Positions 62,235 to 64,000 of a stretch of DNA of 64,000 nt are shown one piece after another (positions within the stretch are counted from its first letter, which is position 1; every line of letters starts with the position of its first letter). The DNA is from Candidatus Latescibacterota bacterium. GTDB taxonomy: Bacteria > Latescibacterota > UBA2968 > UBA8231. Location of the stretch: contig OZ244561.1 of assembly GCA_965217585.1 (NCBI GenBank), positions 1,792,001-1,856,000 on the forward strand, read 5' to 3'. Position numbers and translations under genes: made by a program. The notes below the pieces were generated by a model. The model was not told the origin of the DNA. It saw only the letters and a list, made by a program, of their open reading frames with translations, and ran no database searches.

Positions 62235-64000
62235 ATGATCGGATCGAGTCATTTGCAGCGTTACCTATCAATTATGCTAGGGCTAATCTGGTTCTTTTTT
62301 GAGCCGCTGGCCGCCGTCGAGTCGGTCTCCATCGGCCAAGGCGGCGATTTTGACTGGCGGTTCAACGGCTCGGCCGCCATCAACACGATCCAGGCCGAAT
62401 ATCTCGCGCCATCAGATCCCGACAATATAGGGGCGACGCCCGATTTTCTGCTGGGCAATACCCCCGGTGACCTGCTCGAAATTGACGATCCCGACCCGCC
62501 GCTGAGTATCCATCCCGTCCGCATCCAAGAGTGCCTTGAGGGCACCTGTCCGGAGGCGAATATCGCCGACGCCACAGTGGAGCGAGGGGGCAAGTTCCGA
62601 GTGCCCACCTTTACCTCCTTCTCTCTTCAGTACAAGACCAGTGATTTCGAGACCGACCTAGAGGAGGTCATTTCCAGCCAGCCTGGCGGCGAAGAGGGGG
62701 CAATCGAGTTCAAGAGTCGGAATGCCTTCGGGCAGCTACTTATACTCGACATGGGAGCTCGCTTCGGGGTCAATCGGATCCGTTTCTACCCCCGCGACAC
62801 CGTCCAGAAATCGCCCGGAACTCCCTTTGCCAGTGACTTTCTGAGGGCCTACGAGTCGTTCACCAATGACGGCGTAGACCTGACGCAGGCGGGGAACCAG
62901 ATTTGGGTGCCCCTCAATTCCGAAACCGACAACAAGCAGCCTGTTGTCGACATCCTCGTCGATCCGCCCAGATACGTGCAGTCAATCCGCCTGAAGTCTC
63001 TGACCCAGTTCGAGTTTGAGATCGACGAGATCGAAGTATATGGTCGGGGCTACCTCCCCACTGCCACCTACCTGTCGAATATCTTCGACGCCGGCGAGCC
63101 GGTTGCGTGGATCGACTTGAACTGGGTAGAGGATATAGTCGGCGATCCAGATTTTTCCGGGCTGCAGATACGCACGCGCACGGGTACGGATGATTCGCCC
63201 TTCAGGTTCACCCGCAAGTTGAGGGGCAAGCCCGGCACCGACGAGTTGTTTAGTTCATTGGAAGATACTTCTAGGGACATGACAAGGACCGAATACCAAC
63301 GCTTGCCCCAATTCGACGAGGAAGGTCGCGAGTGGGAGCCCGGCTCTGTGCAGAGCGATTTGGTCAACTGGAGTCCCTTCAGCACGCCCTTTGACGCTGC
63401 CTTTGCCAATGGCCCAAGCAGTGCTATCGTCTCGCCCAGCCCGCGTCGCTACTTTCAGTTTCAGGTGGAGTTTCAGAGCAAGGATCTGGACTCGGCGCGT
63501 ATCCTGCGCTCATTGACCTTCAATTTTTCCCAACCCATTGCCGACACCATCATCGGTGAGATCTTTCCGCGTCGGGCCGAGCCCTCGAAGTCGCTCTCCT
63601 TCGTCTACGCCCTTAGATCAAACATACAGACCCCCGGGGTTCTCGGCTTCGATACAGTGCAGATAGCCACCCAGGCTCGCATCGAGGGCATAGATCGCCT
63701 GGAGCTTCTGGACCGCGACGACCAGCTTCTGGCCGCCCGCGATTTCACCAGCCTTGATGATACACTCCTAGTAGACGGCTTCCAGATTCTCATCGCAGAG
63801 GAGGAGGCCTTTGCAGTGCGCTTTCCACTGATCCGCGAAGACGGCACCCAGTTGAGAATTCACTTCCGCACCAACCTCCTGACCTACAGCACCAATTTTT
63901 CGGCCCATGCCAGCGTTTCAAGCGAGCCTGGAGCCGCTCAGTCAATCACCTCCGGCAATGCGGCATCGCTCGGCCTAGAGGACAATCCCGATTTTTCGGG
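62235..64000 (+). CDS. Large secreted hypothetical protein, 3'-truncated by window edge
   Basis: Absent from the ORF track, apparently because no stop occurs in the window. GGAG RBS; MIGSSHLQRYLSIMLGLIWFFFEPLAA signal; LDMGARFGVNRIRFYPR, FEIDEIEVYGRG, IRTRTGTDDSP, SPSPRRYFQF. Confidence 0.8.
   Translation, partial: MIGSSHLQRYLSIMLGLIWFFFEPLAAVESVSIGQGGDFDWRFNGSAAINTIQAEYLAPSDPDNIGATPDFLLGNTPGDLLEIDDPDPPLSIHPVRIQECLEGTCPEANIADATVERGGKFRVPTFTSFSLQYKTSDFETDLEEVISSQPGGEEGAIEFKSRNAFGQLLILDMGARFGVNRIRFYPRDTVQKSPGTPFASDFLRAYESFTNDGVDLTQAGNQIWVPLNSETDNKQPVVDILVDPPRYVQSIRLKSLTQFEFEIDEIEVYGRGYLPTATYLSNIFDAGEPVAWIDLNWVEDIVGDPDFSGLQIRTRTGTDDSPFRFTRKLRGKPGTDELFSSLEDTSRDMTRTEYQRLPQFDEEGREWEPGSVQSDLVNWSPFSTPFDAAFANGPSSAIVSPSPRRYFQFQVEFQSKDLDSARILRSLTFNFSQPIADTIIGEIFPRRAEPSKSLSFVYALRSNIQTPGVLGFDTVQIATQARIEGIDRLELLDRDDQLLAARDFTSLDDTLLVDGFQILIAEEEAFAVRFPLIREDGTQLRIHFRTNLLTYSTNFSAHASVSSEPGAAQSITSGNAASLGLEDNPDFS

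Overview
A GC-rich bacterial chromosomal segment. The secreted proteins with FlgD/T9SS-type C-terminal tails, the DUF6785-like transporter, the Uma2 gene and the many Gfo/Idh/MocA and amidohydrolase genes suggest Ca. Latescibacterota or a related FCB-group lineage, possibly a sponge symbiont (inference only). All family calls come from motif recognition; no searches were run. Layout: (1) 1-12 kb, metabolic and accessory genes, including a low-GC, internally deleted HNH gene next to a Schlafen/AlbA-HATPase gene, and a collapsed Uma2 scar. (2) 12.2-18.9 kb, a DUF3347 + GldA/F/double-GldG + DUF4340 ABC operon followed by a collapsed DUF5687-ABC remnant. (3) 19-31.2 kb, three tandem giant modular surface proteins with near-identical C-terminal sorting domains and related hairpins; two share a leader, and one carries adjacent dockerin-like and cohesin-like modules. 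(4) 31.4-41.9 kb, amidohydrolase, TonB receptor + FecCD-type ABC importer, a GNAT-amidohydrolase-oxidoreductase operon and a His-repeat RcnA-type Ni/Co exporter. (5) 42-53.3 kb, core genes gltD, gltB, Lrp-type regulator, pntB, split pntA, hpf, gltA. (6) 53.5-64 kb, an island with transposase scraps and three IS5-derived miniature elements. It encodes a pentapeptide-repeat protein, an UnbU/RnfD-like Sel1 membrane protein, a DUF6785-like transporter, a CRTAC1/ASPIC-UnbV lipoprotein with no canonical start codon for its signal peptide, and a secreted protein running off the end. No rRNA, tRNA or CRISPR array was seen. The best candidates for an undescribed system are the surface-protein cassette array with its cohesin-dockerin member and the UnbV-DUF6785-UnbU locus.
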